The notes below the pieces were generated by a model. It saw only the letters and a list, made by a program, of their open reading frames with translations. It ran no database searches and was not told the DNA's origin. 59,167 nt of DNA from Bdellovibrionota bacterium FG-2. Lineage in GTDB: Bacteria; Bdellovibrionota; UBA1018. Location of the stretch: positions 1 to 59,167 of the forward strand of contig JBBCAV010000164.1 in assembly GCA_051382305.1 (NCBI GenBank), in the 5' to 3' direction. Below, piece after piece: positions 17,665 through 30,958 of this stretch; position 1 is the first letter of the stretch, and every line of letters begins with the position of its first letter. A program made the translations under genes and the position numbers.

Positions 17665-18765
17665 TCAATGACCTGTTTTATTAAAAACCGGGGGACGAGG
17701 GGGCGTGGGATTTTGCGCTTCAGCACGAAGAGTTTGCATGAGCTTTGCTTGATCGAGAAGGGTTTCGGCCGCCTTGCGCATCTTGATATTGAGGTCTGTC
17801 GTGGTGCGCGACACGTCTTTGTAGGCGTGATAAGCGACATCGGCGTCCATGGCCCAAGGTTCAAGTTCTACCTCGACGCGTTGAAGCACCGTTGCGTTCT
17901 TCTCGCTGACCTTTCGTAACGCTTGAGCAGTGCGGTGAAGTTGGTTTGCAATGTTTTGGGTAGGGCTGTTTTCGTTTTCATTAACTTTCAGGAGGTTATC
18001 AAGGGCCATCTTCTCAAGCTGAACTGTGATTTTTTGGGTTTGTTGCAAGATCCGTCGACTTTCATGAATCGTGGCGAGTTCCGCATGGACGCGTTTGCGC
18101 AATGTGGCGATGGTGGAGTGGGAGTGCTTGGCCGAATTTTCAAGTTCTCGGGTGTCTTTTACGAGTTCGCGAATCTGCAGGCCAAACGAGGTGAGTACTT
18201 CTTTGAAACGTGGAATCCACTGCGCGATCCTATTTCTAAAGTCGTCTTCCTTTTTCTCGGTTTTCCGATTCACATAGGCGCGGCTGAGAATAAGAAGCAC
18301 TCCAAATAGAAATCCAAAAAAGCTGACTAGCCAAAGGTCATTGGTGATGCGGCTTCTGGTTCCCAGAAAACCCAAATATCCCGCTTCGACCGTAATGAGA
18401 ACGCCAGTGGCGTCTTCGGGAGTGATGACTTTGGAATACTCGAGAACTCCCGAATCTCGATCGAACCGGTGACTATTTGTAGTTTGCGCATTAAAATTCG
18501 TTTCAATCCGGCGGATATTCAAGGGATGGGGTTGCGTTCCTTGCGTGAGAATCCCGACGGCCCATCCGACCGGGTCGCGCTGGGAGCGCTCACGAGCATT
18601 GAGGGCCAGACTCTCGACTTGGGTCGCAACTTGGCGAGCCAAAGTGAGGCTGACGTTGAGCCTCTGAGCGTTTGAGCGGAAACTGTCCAATCCAAACGTC
18701 CCCCCCGTGATGAGAAGCGAAGCTCCGAGGCAAGCAGCGATGTGGATTCGTTGATTAAATTCCAT
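17665..18765 (-). CDS. hypothetical two-TM membrane protein with periplasmic loop and cytoplasmic coiled coil
   Basis: TM1 is IHIAACLGASLLITGGTF and TM2 is LWLVSFFGFLFGVLLIL. The C-terminal half is helical. I recognise no output domain. Confidence 0.5.
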   Translation of the reverse strand: MEFNQRIHIAACLGASLLITGGTFGLDSFRSNAQRLNVSLTLARQVATQVESLALNARERSQRDPVGWAVGILTQGTQPHPLNIRRIETNFNAQTTNSHRFDRDSGVLEYSKVITPEDATGVLITVEAGYLGFLGTRSRITNDLWLVSFFGFLFGVLLILSRAYVNRKTEKKEDDFRNRIAQWIPRFKEVLTSFGLQIRELVKDTRELENSAKHSHSTIATLRKRVHAELATIHESRRILQQTQKITVQLEKMALDNLLKVNENENSPTQNIANQLHRTAQALRKVSEKNATVLQRVEVELEPWAMDADVAYHAYKDVSRTTTDLNIKMRKAAETLLDQAKLMQTLRAEAQNPTPPRPPVFNKTGH

Positions 18766-18837
18766 CCCAGGAATTCATCGGCGTTTTTGGAGTTTGCCTT
18801 GAAAAAAAGAAAGGTCAGGAAATTGACGGGAGGCAGT

Positions 18838-19776
18838 TCAAAGCGGCTGCGCTTTCCACCAATTGATGGTTTGCTCCAGTCCACTTTCCAAAGAATAGCG
18901 TGGCGCCCACCCCAGCGAACCAAGTCGGGAGACTTCTGCTGAAATCTCGGGCGGATCTTGAAGAGAGGAGGGGCGGTTTGAATCGTTGGCGGCTTGAGGG
19001 CTCAAAGTTATCAAATCTTCTTTCCCGAACATTCTTGCGATCTGACTCACGACACTTCCCAGAGATTTTGAGTGGCCGGAAGCAATGTTCATCGACCCCT
19101 GAAAATCACTTTTTAAAAGCGACACAAATCCTGAAGCAACATCTGTGACATGCAAAAAATCGCGAAGATGAGTCGGCTGTTTACAAACAACTTTTTCATC
19201 TCGTAAAAGTGAGCGAATCACCGAAGGAACTAGGCGGCCGGGATGCTCATGCGGTCCATAAAGAAAAAAAATGCGTCCCCAGGCGGTTGAAATATTCTTC
19301 CCCCGGCAAAACGAGTCAAAGATTCGCCGAAGACTGTCCTTGCTCACCCCGTAAAGAGTCTGCGGCAGCATCGGAGTGTTTTCTTCCGAGCAATGTCCCG
19401 AACTCCAATCATACTCCGCACACGTTCCGGCAAAAACGGTGCGTCGGGTCCCCTGGGCAAATTCGGAGAACCCACGCAAGAGTTCAATGCTTGCTTGAAC
19501 CCAACGCAAATTTTCGGGCGAACTCCAATAGGCACCGGGCGTAACGTCCCAGGCAAAATGCAGAAGGTGGGAGGGCCGAACCTCCGCCATAACTTTTCGT
19601 TGTTGCTCAAAATTGAGCAAGTTACACGAGTGAAAGACCAAGTCTTTTCCCAGATCAGAGGTGCGATCTCCTTCTAATACGGTGAGGTGAACTTCAAAGC
19701 CCAGGCTCTGCAAAGCAGGAATCGCTTGGCGCCCGATAAACCCCGTCCCTCCGGTTAAAAGGACTTTTTGGGTCAT
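18838..19776 (-). CDS. NAD(P)-dependent sugar epimerase/reductase (extended SDR)
   Basis: The Rossmann motif is KVLLTGGTGFIGRQ. An ATGA overlap joins it to the upstream epimerase gene. Confidence 0.8.
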   Translation of the reverse strand: MTQKVLLTGGTGFIGRQAIPALQSLGFEVHLTVLEGDRTSDLGKDLVFHSCNLLNFEQQRKVMAEVRPSHLLHFAWDVTPGAYWSSPENLRWVQASIELLRGFSEFAQGTRRTVFAGTCAEYDWSSGHCSEENTPMLPQTLYGVSKDSLRRIFDSFCRGKNISTAWGRIFFLYGPHEHPGRLVPSVIRSLLRDEKVVCKQPTHLRDFLHVTDVASGFVSLLKSDFQGSMNIASGHSKSLGSVVSQIARMFGKEDLITLSPQAANDSNRPSSLQDPPEISAEVSRLGSLGWAPRYSLESGLEQTINWWKAQPL

Positions 19777-20303
19777 ACTTTGAAATCCGGAAAAGCCAGA
19801 TCTCGATCTGAAATAATTGATATGGGGAGAGGGAAATGGATTGAAAAACGGGGGTCATTCCACCGGGCTCCGCGCGAGTGCTCAGGCGAGTAGTCGGGAG
19901 AAATCTGATAATAGACTTCCGAGCAGTCCTCTAAAGTCTGAAATCCGTGGGCGATTCCCTCGGGGATATAAAGACTTCGGTGATTTTCTTGAGTTAATTC
20001 AATTCCGAAGGATTTGCAGAAGGTTGGGGACTCGGGTCGAAGATCAACCACGATATCAAGAATCGCTCCGCGTGTGCAGCGAACGAGTTTTGTTTCGGCT
20101 TTGGGGGCGCACTGAAAATGCATGCCGCGCACCGTCCCCTTTTTGTGATTAAAAGAAACGCTGCATTGCCGGAACTCGCCTTTCAATCCTTGGCGGGAGA
20201 AGGCCTCAGTGTCGCAGCTTCGGGCAAAGAAACCGCGAGCATCTTCACTCTTTTCGAGTTCAAGGGCCATGACCCCTTCGAGTGGAGTGGTTACAAATTT
20301 CAC
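19773..20303 (-). CDS. dTDP-4-dehydrorhamnose 3,5-epimerase-like cupin (RmlC family)
   Basis: Recognisable segments are TPLEGVMALE...DARGFFARS...VRGMHFQ...KLVRCTRGAILDIVVDLR...YIPEGIAHGF. The GTG start at 20303 overlaps the upstream stop (GTGA). The ORF is open to 20351. Confidence 0.8.
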   Translation of the reverse strand: MKFVTTPLEGVMALELEKSEDARGFFARSCDTEAFSRQGLKGEFRQCSVSFNHKKGTVRGMHFQCAPKAETKLVRCTRGAILDIVVDLRPESPTFCKSFGIELTQENHRSLYIPEGIAHGFQTLEDCSEVYYQISPDYSPEHSRGARWNDPRFSIHFPLPISIISDRDLAFPDFKV

Positions 20304-21538
20304 GCAATCACTCGAATGGTAGGAATGGGGATTACAAATTTTCCTCCCCATTCTCGGATGACGCTCATTTGAGCCGTGATCTCCTCTTGAAGATTCCAGG
20401 GGAGAATCAGTAAGTAATCGGGTTTTGTTTCTCTAATCGCATCGGGACCCTTAATCGGGATTCGGCTTCCCGGCAAATACCGGCCCTGCTTGTGGGGGCT
20501 GCGATCCACGGTATAATCAATGAGGTCCGCACGAACGCCACAATAGTTCAGCAGCGTATTGCCCTTGGCCGGAGCGCCATAGCCCACGACGGTCTTGCCT
20601 TGTTTCTTGGCGTTGATTAAAAACTCCAGAATTGAAAACTTCGTGTTGAGCATCTGTTTCTGAAAATCACGATAAGCACTCATCTGATTGAGTTTCGCGC
20701 CTTTTTCCAGATCCAAGACCCGTTGCACCCGTTCATGAACCTTTTTCGTGGAATCTTCTTGGTGGCAGCCATAAATGCGCAAGGACCCACCGTGGGTGGA
20801 GAGTTCTTCGACGTCAAAAAGAGTCATGCCGTGACGGGCAAAAACCTGATTGACCGTGATAAAAGAAAGATAGGAAAAATGCTCGTGATAGATCGTATCG
20901 AATTGAATTCCTTGGATGAGGCGCAGAAGGTGAGGAAATTCTACGGTTAGCACACCGGTTTTTTTGAGGATGATTTTCATGCCCGCCACAAAATCATTCA
21001 AATCGGGGACATGTGCCAACACATTCTTGGCGGCCAGTAGATCCGCTTGAAAGCCCTCTTTTTTGAGTTCTTGCGCGGTCTGGGCACCAAAGAACTTTAT
21101 GACGGTCGGGATCTCTTTGTGGAGCGCAAGCGCGGCAACATTGGCCGAAGGCTCTACGCCAAGAACTTTGACTCCCTTGGCTTTGAAAAACTGCAGGAGG
21201 TAGCCATCGTTACTTGCGATTTCGACGACCTGGGAGTCTGGACCTAACTTGAAATCCTTGATCATCTTGGTGCTGTAGTCTTCAACGTGCTTAAGCCAGG
21301 AGTCTGAAAAAGAAGAGAAGTAGGGATAATGATCATTGAAGATCTGGCTCGGCGCCTCGAATTCCTCGAGCTGCACCAAGAAGCACTCACTACAAACATA
21401 GGCGTGCAAGGGATAGAAGGGTTCGGCCACTTGAAGTCGGTCTTCTGGTACAAACGCGTTAGAAAGGGGCGAGATCCCAAGATCAGCAAATGTTTCGTTG
21501 GTGGTTGACCCACAAAAACGGCAAGATTTCTTTTTCAC
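20300..21538 (-). CDS. SAM-dependent NDP-hexose C-methyltransferase (TylCIII-like family)
   Basis: The N-terminal Zn-ribbon-like motif is KSCRFCGS...HAYVCSECFLVQL. A class I methyltransferase core follows (VVEIASNDGYLL), then a C-terminal domain. The start is GTG, with GAGGAG 9 nt upstream. Confidence 0.75.
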   Translation of the reverse strand: MKKKSCRFCGSTTNETFADLGISPLSNAFVPEDRLQVAEPFYPLHAYVCSECFLVQLEEFEAPSQIFNDHYPYFSSFSDSWLKHVEDYSTKMIKDFKLGPDSQVVEIASNDGYLLQFFKAKGVKVLGVEPSANVAALALHKEIPTVIKFFGAQTAQELKKEGFQADLLAAKNVLAHVPDLNDFVAGMKIILKKTGVLTVEFPHLLRLIQGIQFDTIYHEHFSYLSFITVNQVFARHGMTLFDVEELSTHGGSLRIYGCHQEDSTKKVHERVQRVLDLEKGAKLNQMSAYRDFQKQMLNTKFSILEFLINAKKQGKTVVGYGAPAKGNTLLNYCGVRADLIDYTVDRSPHKQGRYLPGSRIPIKGPDAIRETKPDYLLILPWNLQEEITAQMSVIREWGGKFVIPIPTIRVIA

Positions 21539-21567
21539 GCTTGTTTACTCCTCTTGGAAAATAAGGG

Positions 21568-22308
21568 CTAAGTCAGAACCGTTTTTGCCTTGTGAGAGCC
21601 GTAGCGCTTCTTCTTCCAGGGCGGGCGCTTAACCGCGCTCATGAAAGTTTTCCAGGCATAAGAAAACAAGCCAGGCACGTTCACCGACGAACTCTGCGAT
21701 TCATAGCGAACGGGAACAGGAACCTCTGCCACACGAAAACCATACATGACGCAATCCATGAGGATGTCACTCGCGAACGCATGTGTATCGGGATAAGACT
21801 CCAGCGGCAGCGCTTCGAGCACACGGCGGTGGTAGGCGCGCATTCCGCTATGCCATTCTCCAAAAGTGACGCCAAACCACATGTTCTCAAACATCGTTAA
21901 CGCGCGATTCCCTAAGTAACGATAAAGCGGCATGCCTCCCGCGAGCGACTCGTCGCGGCTTCGGATGCGATTGGCCTGAATCACGTCGAAGTGATCCCGT
22001 TTGATATACTCAACGAGCAAGTCGGCAACAGAGGGTTCGTATTGATAGTCCGGGTGAACTTCGACGATAATATCGGCGCCTTGTTTGATGGCTTCGCGAT
22101 AAAGGCGCTTTAGGTTTCCACCATAGCCTAAGTTTCGCTCATGGGTGATGACGTGGAGTCCTAATTCTTTTCCCACTTCAGCCGTTCGGTCTTGGCTCAC
22201 GTTGTTACCCAGAAAGATGTTCTTGCGAAGACTTTCGGGCAGGGCGGCAACGGTTTGAGCGAGCGTCTTTTCAACATTATACCCGGGCATTGCTATAATA
22301 ATTTTCAT
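21568..22308 (-). CDS. family 2 glycosyltransferase
   Basis: The N-terminus is MKIIIAMPGYNVEKTLAQTV, with ...DIIVEVHPDYQYEP later. I prefer the ATG at 22308 over the ORF start at 22362. Confidence 0.7.
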   Translation of the reverse strand: MKIIIAMPGYNVEKTLAQTVAALPESLRKNIFLGNNVSQDRTAEVGKELGLHVITHERNLGYGGNLKRLYREAIKQGADIIVEVHPDYQYEPSVADLLVEYIKRDHFDVIQANRIRSRDESLAGGMPLYRYLGNRALTMFENMWFGVTFGEWHSGMRAYHRRVLEALPLESYPDTHAFASDILMDCVMYGFRVAEVPVPVRYESQSSSVNVPGLFSYAWKTFMSAVKRPPWKKKRYGSHKAKTVLT

Positions 22309-22369
22309 AATTGAGTCGGAATATAACCAGTAATAGAGACGGTACGCAAGCCGAAAAACCACCCCTGCC

Positions 22370-22398
22370 TTGACATGTGTTGTGGGGGGGGCGATATT
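22370..22398 (+). promoter_or_regulatory. sigma70-like promoter TTGACA-N17-GATATT placed so that glpK would be leaderless
   Basis: TTGACA is at 22370..22375, followed by a 17-nt spacer containing a G8 run (22384..22391), then GATATT at 22393..22398. The glpK ATG at 22405 lies 7 nt after the -10 element, with no SD sequence between. Confidence 0.4.
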
Positions 22399-22404
22399 TT
22401 GCCC

Positions 22405-23898
22405 ATGGATTATATCTTAGCCGTTGATCAGGGGACCACGGGTAGCACAGCACTGCTGATGGACACGAATTTGAATCGTATCGCGGACGCGAGCGTGGAT
22501 TTTGAACAGCATTTTCCCAAGCCCGGCTGGGTTGAGCATGATTTGGGCGAAATTTGGAGTACCGTAGTTCAAACGGTACGTGAAGTCACCAAGCATGTCG
22601 AGACCCGCAAAATCGCTGCCATTGGGATCACGAACCAGCGCGAGACATTGTGCTTTTGGGATAAGAAAACCGGTGAACCGCTTTGCCGCGCTATTGTTTG
22701 GCAAGATCGTAGAACGGCTGACTTCTGTGCGGAACTTCGGGCAAAAGGGAAGGAACCCTTTTTTCAAGAGAGTACCGGTCTGCTTTTGGATCCGTATTTC
22801 TCCGGCACGAAAGCGGCGTGGGCTTTGAAGAATTGGCCCCAACTCCAAAAGGCTCGTGATGAGGGCCGTTTGGCGGCAGGGACGATTGATAGTTATCTCA
22901 TGGCGCGATTCTCTGGAGGGGGCGTTCACGTTACTGAACCCAGCAATGCCTCACGAACCCTTTGTTTTCACCTTACCCGTCATAAGTGGGATTCTGAACT
23001 CTGTGAGGCACTTGATGTGCCCATGGATATCTGGCCCGATGTTAGGCCTTCTACGGGGATTTTTACGATGACCCGAGGATTTCCAGGCTTGCCAGACGGA
23101 ATCCCGATTACGGGCGTCTTGGGTGACCAGCAAGCGGCTCTTCTGGGGCAGTCTTGTACGGAGGAAGGCACGGCGAAATGCACTTACGGCACGGGCGCAT
23201 TCTTGTTGCTCAATACGGGTCGCAAGCCTGCACGGAGCAAGCATCGTTTGCTGACAACTATCGCCTGGGCCATGAATGGTGATCAGTATATGTATGCGCT
23301 CGAAGGCAGCGCTTTTATTGCGGGCGCGGCCGTTCAATGGTTGCGAGATGGGCTTAAGTTTTTTCAAGATGCCAGCGAGATTGAAGCGTTGGCGTCTTCA
23401 GTTCCGTCGAGCGAAGGAGTCGTCTTTGTGCCTGCACTTACTGGCTTGGCCGCGCCTTATTGGGATCCGCAAGCAACAGGAATGTTTACCGGTCTTACCC
23501 GCGGGACTACGCGCGCACATCTTGCTCGTGCGGTTTTGGAGGGGATTGCTTTTCAAAGCGCCGATATTCTCGAGGCGATGCAAAAAGATGTGGGGACTCC
23601 ACTGACGCGACTCAATGTGGATGGTGGAGCTTCTGCCAATAATCTTCTGATGCAGTTCCAGTCGGATGTTTTAGGAGTTGAACTCGTAAGGCCAAAGTAT
23701 CTTGAAACGACGAGTTTGGGCGCGGTCATCGCGGCGGGTTTGGGTGTTGGAGTTTGGACGGATTTTTTGGATGTCGAGAAAACCTGGAAAGAGGATCGAA
23801 CCTTTAAGCCAGAATTTACCAACGAGGAACGCAAGACGGCCATGCAGCGGTGGCATCGTGCGGTGTCGCGCGTGATTCACAAGCCGACGCAAATTTGA
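22405..23898 (+). CDS. glpK: glycerol kinase
   Basis: Recognisable segments are MDYILAVDQGTTGS...GITNQRETLCFWDK...WQDRRTADFC...LDPYFSGTK. The ORF-track start at 22375 lies inside the putative -35 element. Confidence 0.95.
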   Translation: MDYILAVDQGTTGSTALLMDTNLNRIADASVDFEQHFPKPGWVEHDLGEIWSTVVQTVREVTKHVETRKIAAIGITNQRETLCFWDKKTGEPLCRAIVWQDRRTADFCAELRAKGKEPFFQESTGLLLDPYFSGTKAAWALKNWPQLQKARDEGRLAAGTIDSYLMARFSGGGVHVTEPSNASRTLCFHLTRHKWDSELCEALDVPMDIWPDVRPSTGIFTMTRGFPGLPDGIPITGVLGDQQAALLGQSCTEEGTAKCTYGTGAFLLLNTGRKPARSKHRLLTTIAWAMNGDQYMYALEGSAFIAGAAVQWLRDGLKFFQDASEIEALASSVPSSEGVVFVPALTGLAAPYWDPQATGMFTGLTRGTTRAHLARAVLEGIAFQSADILEAMQKDVGTPLTRLNVDGGASANNLLMQFQSDVLGVELVRPKYLETTSLGAVIAAGLGVGVWTDFLDVEKTWKEDRTFKPEFTNEERKTAMQRWHRAVSRVIHKPTQI

Positions 23899-23901
23899 TT
23901 A

Positions 23902-25275
23902 ATGGCAAAAATAAGAACGCATTATGTTTGTCAAGGCTGTGGAACTCACAGCGCCAAATGGCTCGGACGTTGTCCGGGGTGTGGCGAGTGGAGTACGTTG
24001 GTTGAAGAAGCTGCCGAAGACGCAGCTCCGACGCGAGGGGGTGATTCAAGGGCTCTTCCGAGTACTGTGATTTCTCTGGATGCCCCCATCGAAGAGGGGC
24101 AGCCGTTGAAGCGTCTTCCCACGGGGATTTCGGAGCTAGATCGAACCTTAGGGGGTGGTTTGGTTGCCGATAGTTTCGTTTTGTTGGGCGGAGATCCCGG
24201 GGTTGGGAAAAGTACGCTGCTCTTGCAGATGGCGCGTGGTTTGAAAGAAAAAAATCCAGGACTTAAGCTCCTGTACGTGAGTGGTGAAGAATCGACAGAT
24301 CAAATCCGGGGCCGCGCGCATCGTCTAGGGGTGCAAGGCGGCGATTCGGTCTATTTGGCAGCGGAAACAAGGCTTGAAAAAGCCCTCGCGGCCGTGGCGG
24401 AACTCAAACCCCATGTCGTGATTATGGATTCTCTTCAGACTTTTTCGAGCGATAACCTGGAGTCCGCACCGGGAAGCGTCAGCCAAGTCCGCGAAGTCGC
24501 CATGAAACTCATGAGTATTGCGAAAACTCAAGGGATCGCGGTGTGGCTCGTGGGGCATGTGACTAAAGACGGAAGTATCGCCGGCCCGAAGGCCGTCGAG
24601 CACATGGTGGATACGGTTTTGTATTTTGAATCAGAGGTCGGACAAAGTTATCGATTGCTGCGAACGGTAAAGAATCGTTTCGGCAGTACGCGCGAGCTGG
24701 GCGTTTTTGAAATGCAGGGCGAGGGTTTGGTTGAGGTGAGTAACCCGTCTTCGCTCTTCTTGAGTGATCGTCGAGAAGCGGTTCCTGGCGTGGCTGTGGG
24801 TTCTTCGCTTGAGGGATCAAGGCCACTGCTTGTAGAACTTCAAGCGCTCGTGGCGACTTCAGGACTTGCGGTGCCTCGGCGGACTTCGGTGGGAATGGAT
24901 AGTGTACGCATTTCCTTGCTTGCCGCCATTATTGAGAGGCATTTGAGACTTCCGCTGGCCCAACAGGATTTGTTTTTCAATGTGGCTGGAGGGCTTCGAC
25001 TCTCCGAGCCTGCCTGTGACCTGGCGGCGGCAGCCGCGATTTGGTCGAGCGCAACAGAGAGATCGCTTCCATCAGATTGTGTCTTTATCGGCGAGGTGGG
25101 CTTGACGGGCGAGTTGCGACGCGTTTCTCAACTTGAAGTTCGAATTGCGGAGGCCGCTAAATTGGGCTTCAAGAAGGCGATTCTTCCTCATGGGGCAGCC
25201 TTATCGAAAAAAGATGTAAAAATGGAATTTACAACGATTGCCAGAATTAGCGAGCTCAAGGATATCTTTAAATAG
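23902..25275 (+). CDS. radA: DNA repair protein RadA (Sms)
   Basis: The Zn ribbon is YVCQGCGTHSAKWLGRCPGCGEW, the Walker A motif is GGDPGVGKSTLLLQ, KNRFG is present, and there is a Lon-like C-terminus. Confidence 0.95.
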   Translation: MAKIRTHYVCQGCGTHSAKWLGRCPGCGEWSTLVEEAAEDAAPTRGGDSRALPSTVISLDAPIEEGQPLKRLPTGISELDRTLGGGLVADSFVLLGGDPGVGKSTLLLQMARGLKEKNPGLKLLYVSGEESTDQIRGRAHRLGVQGGDSVYLAAETRLEKALAAVAELKPHVVIMDSLQTFSSDNLESAPGSVSQVREVAMKLMSIAKTQGIAVWLVGHVTKDGSIAGPKAVEHMVDTVLYFESEVGQSYRLLRTVKNRFGSTRELGVFEMQGEGLVEVSNPSSLFLSDRREAVPGVAVGSSLEGSRPLLVELQALVATSGLAVPRRTSVGMDSVRISLLAAIIERHLRLPLAQQDLFFNVAGGLRLSEPACDLAAAAAIWSSATERSLPSDCVFIGEVGLTGELRRVSQLEVRIAEAAKLGFKKAILPHGAALSKKDVKMEFTTIARISELKDIFK

Positions 25276-25289
25276 CCGAGGAATGAGAT

Positions 25290-29208
<3,919 letters not shown>

Positions 29209-29216
<8 letters not shown>

Positions 29217-29568
29217 CGTGAGATTGTTTCTGGCTACCAGGGCTTTCTTCATAGAATGCGATCAAGGTTTTGAGCTCCGCGATTTCTTCGTGAGCGCTAT
29301 TGAGTTCATGTCGGAGTTTAATGATCTCTAGGCTTGCTTCAGGCTCCACCGGTCTCGAAGGGACCGGTGCAGTCTCAAGGCCATCTGAGAAAATCATGTA
29401 TCGACCTTCATCAAGGCGAAACGGAATTTTGTTGGCTTTGATTTGTCGTCGCAGCGTCGAAAGACTGACGCCGGTTTTGATGGCGTAGTCCATCAGGGGC
29501 AGCCAGCTCGTGGGGAATGTTTCGTTTGTAAGGGAGGCACCTGTTTCGTGGGTATCGCGTATGGACAT
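29209..29568 (-). CDS. small DNA-binding protein (MerR/excisionase-type HTH_17) with C-terminal coiled coil
   Basis: The HTH segment is WLPLMDYAIKTGVSLSTLRRQIKANKIPFRLDEGRYMIF. The coiled segment is LEIIKLRHELNSAHEEIAELKTLIAFYE. Confidence 0.55.
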
Positions 29569-29616
29569 GTCTTTATTGTATTTCCAGGATCTTTAAATTC
29601 AAGTATTCTTATCGAT

Positions 29617-30948
29617 ATGAGTACTCTTCGTCGCAATTCATCTGCGCAGAAAACTCGAATCGGCCCAAAACGCAAAATTGCCTTCGTTTGCAGTGGAGGT
29701 GCGTCAAAAGCGGGGGCCTTTCATTTGGGCGTTGCGTTAGCTCTTCAGGAGCAGGGATTCAAGTTTTATGGGGGGGTGGCTCCCCAATCGGGTGTGGTGA
29801 GGCCGCCTGGCCCGATGGAGATCTCGACTTATGTGGGTTCGAGCGCGGGCTCGCTCATTGCCTCGATGTTTGCGGCCGGCTATTCTCTAGATAATATTTT
29901 TAATTCATTTCTGGGTCGAAAACCTGTGGACCCCAATGATCCAAATGAAACGTATCCCCGAGTGCTCCCACGCTTGACCTACCAGAAAATGTTCAAGCTC
30001 AATTCCGGTTCAAGTCGGGAATCGCTATTGCAGTTGCCCCGATTTAGGCGCTTGTTTACGAGTCTCACGGAAGGCAGTTGGGAAGCCTTTCTTCAGTTCA
30101 AGTGGCTCAAGTTGACTGGAATTTTTTCAACAGGCGGCATCGAACAGTATCTGCGCGAAGAAGTCATGCCCTCGAATCGATTTCAAGATTATACGGCCGA
30201 CCTTTTTGTCGTGGCCACCCAGCTTAATCACTCGCGGAAAGTGGTTTTTGGTAAATACAGTTATCAACCTCCGGCCGACGATTTAACCTGTCAGTACGAT
30301 AACGACGTGGGAATTTCAGAAGCATGCGCCGCGAGTACGGCGCTTCCGATTGTTTTTTCGCCCTATGCGATTAAAAACAAAACCGGGCATCAGATCTACT
30401 ATATCGATGGTGAAACCCGCGATACTTTATCGACCCATGTGGGAATTGATGCCGGCGCAGATCTGGTGATTGCGAGCCATACGCATCAACCTTATCATTT
30501 CGCCCGGGGCGTAGGTTCTCTGACTGATCACGGACTTCCGGCGATCGTGATTCAGTCTCTCTACTTGCTGATTGAACAAAAAATTAAAAACCATGTTCAT
30601 AACAAGCAATTTCAGCGAAATGCGATCAATGCGGTGTCTAAGTATTGTGATGAGCAGGGGTTGACGGATTCTGTGCGGAAAAGAATCTGTGAAATTTTGG
30701 AGGCGGAGCTTCACCACCGAATGGATGTCGACACGATCTATATTCACCCTAAGGCGACGGACGCGCAGATGTTTTTTGGAGACAATTTTAGTCTTTCCCC
30801 CAAAAAGATGTCTGAAATCGTAAAGAGCGGTTTTAAAGCCGGAATTGACGCGCTTCGTAAATACGATTTCGCCGATCGAAAAGAGACACTCGCGATGGGG
30901 ACGGCTGGAGATACCGCAAGTTGGGTCGGTAGAAAAGTCGGGGCTTAG
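29617..30948 (+). CDS. patatin-like phospholipase
   Basis: The oxyanion motif is FVCSGGASKAGAFHLG, the nucleophile elbow is GSSAGS (GxSxG), and a later DG(E) region reads YYIDGETRD. I prefer the ATG at 29617. The longer ORF from 29443 overlaps the divergent HTH gene. Confidence 0.8.
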   Translation: MSTLRRNSSAQKTRIGPKRKIAFVCSGGASKAGAFHLGVALALQEQGFKFYGGVAPQSGVVRPPGPMEISTYVGSSAGSLIASMFAAGYSLDNIFNSFLGRKPVDPNDPNETYPRVLPRLTYQKMFKLNSGSSRESLLQLPRFRRLFTSLTEGSWEAFLQFKWLKLTGIFSTGGIEQYLREEVMPSNRFQDYTADLFVVATQLNHSRKVVFGKYSYQPPADDLTCQYDNDVGISEACAASTALPIVFSPYAIKNKTGHQIYYIDGETRDTLSTHVGIDAGADLVIASHTHQPYHFARGVGSLTDHGLPAIVIQSLYLLIEQKIKNHVHNKQFQRNAINAVSKYCDEQGLTDSVRKRICEILEAELHHRMDVDTIYIHPKATDAQMFFGDNFSLSPKKMSEIVKSGFKAGIDALRKYDFADRKETLAMGTAGDTASWVGRKVGA

Positions 30949-30958
30949 GTTTTGGGTT

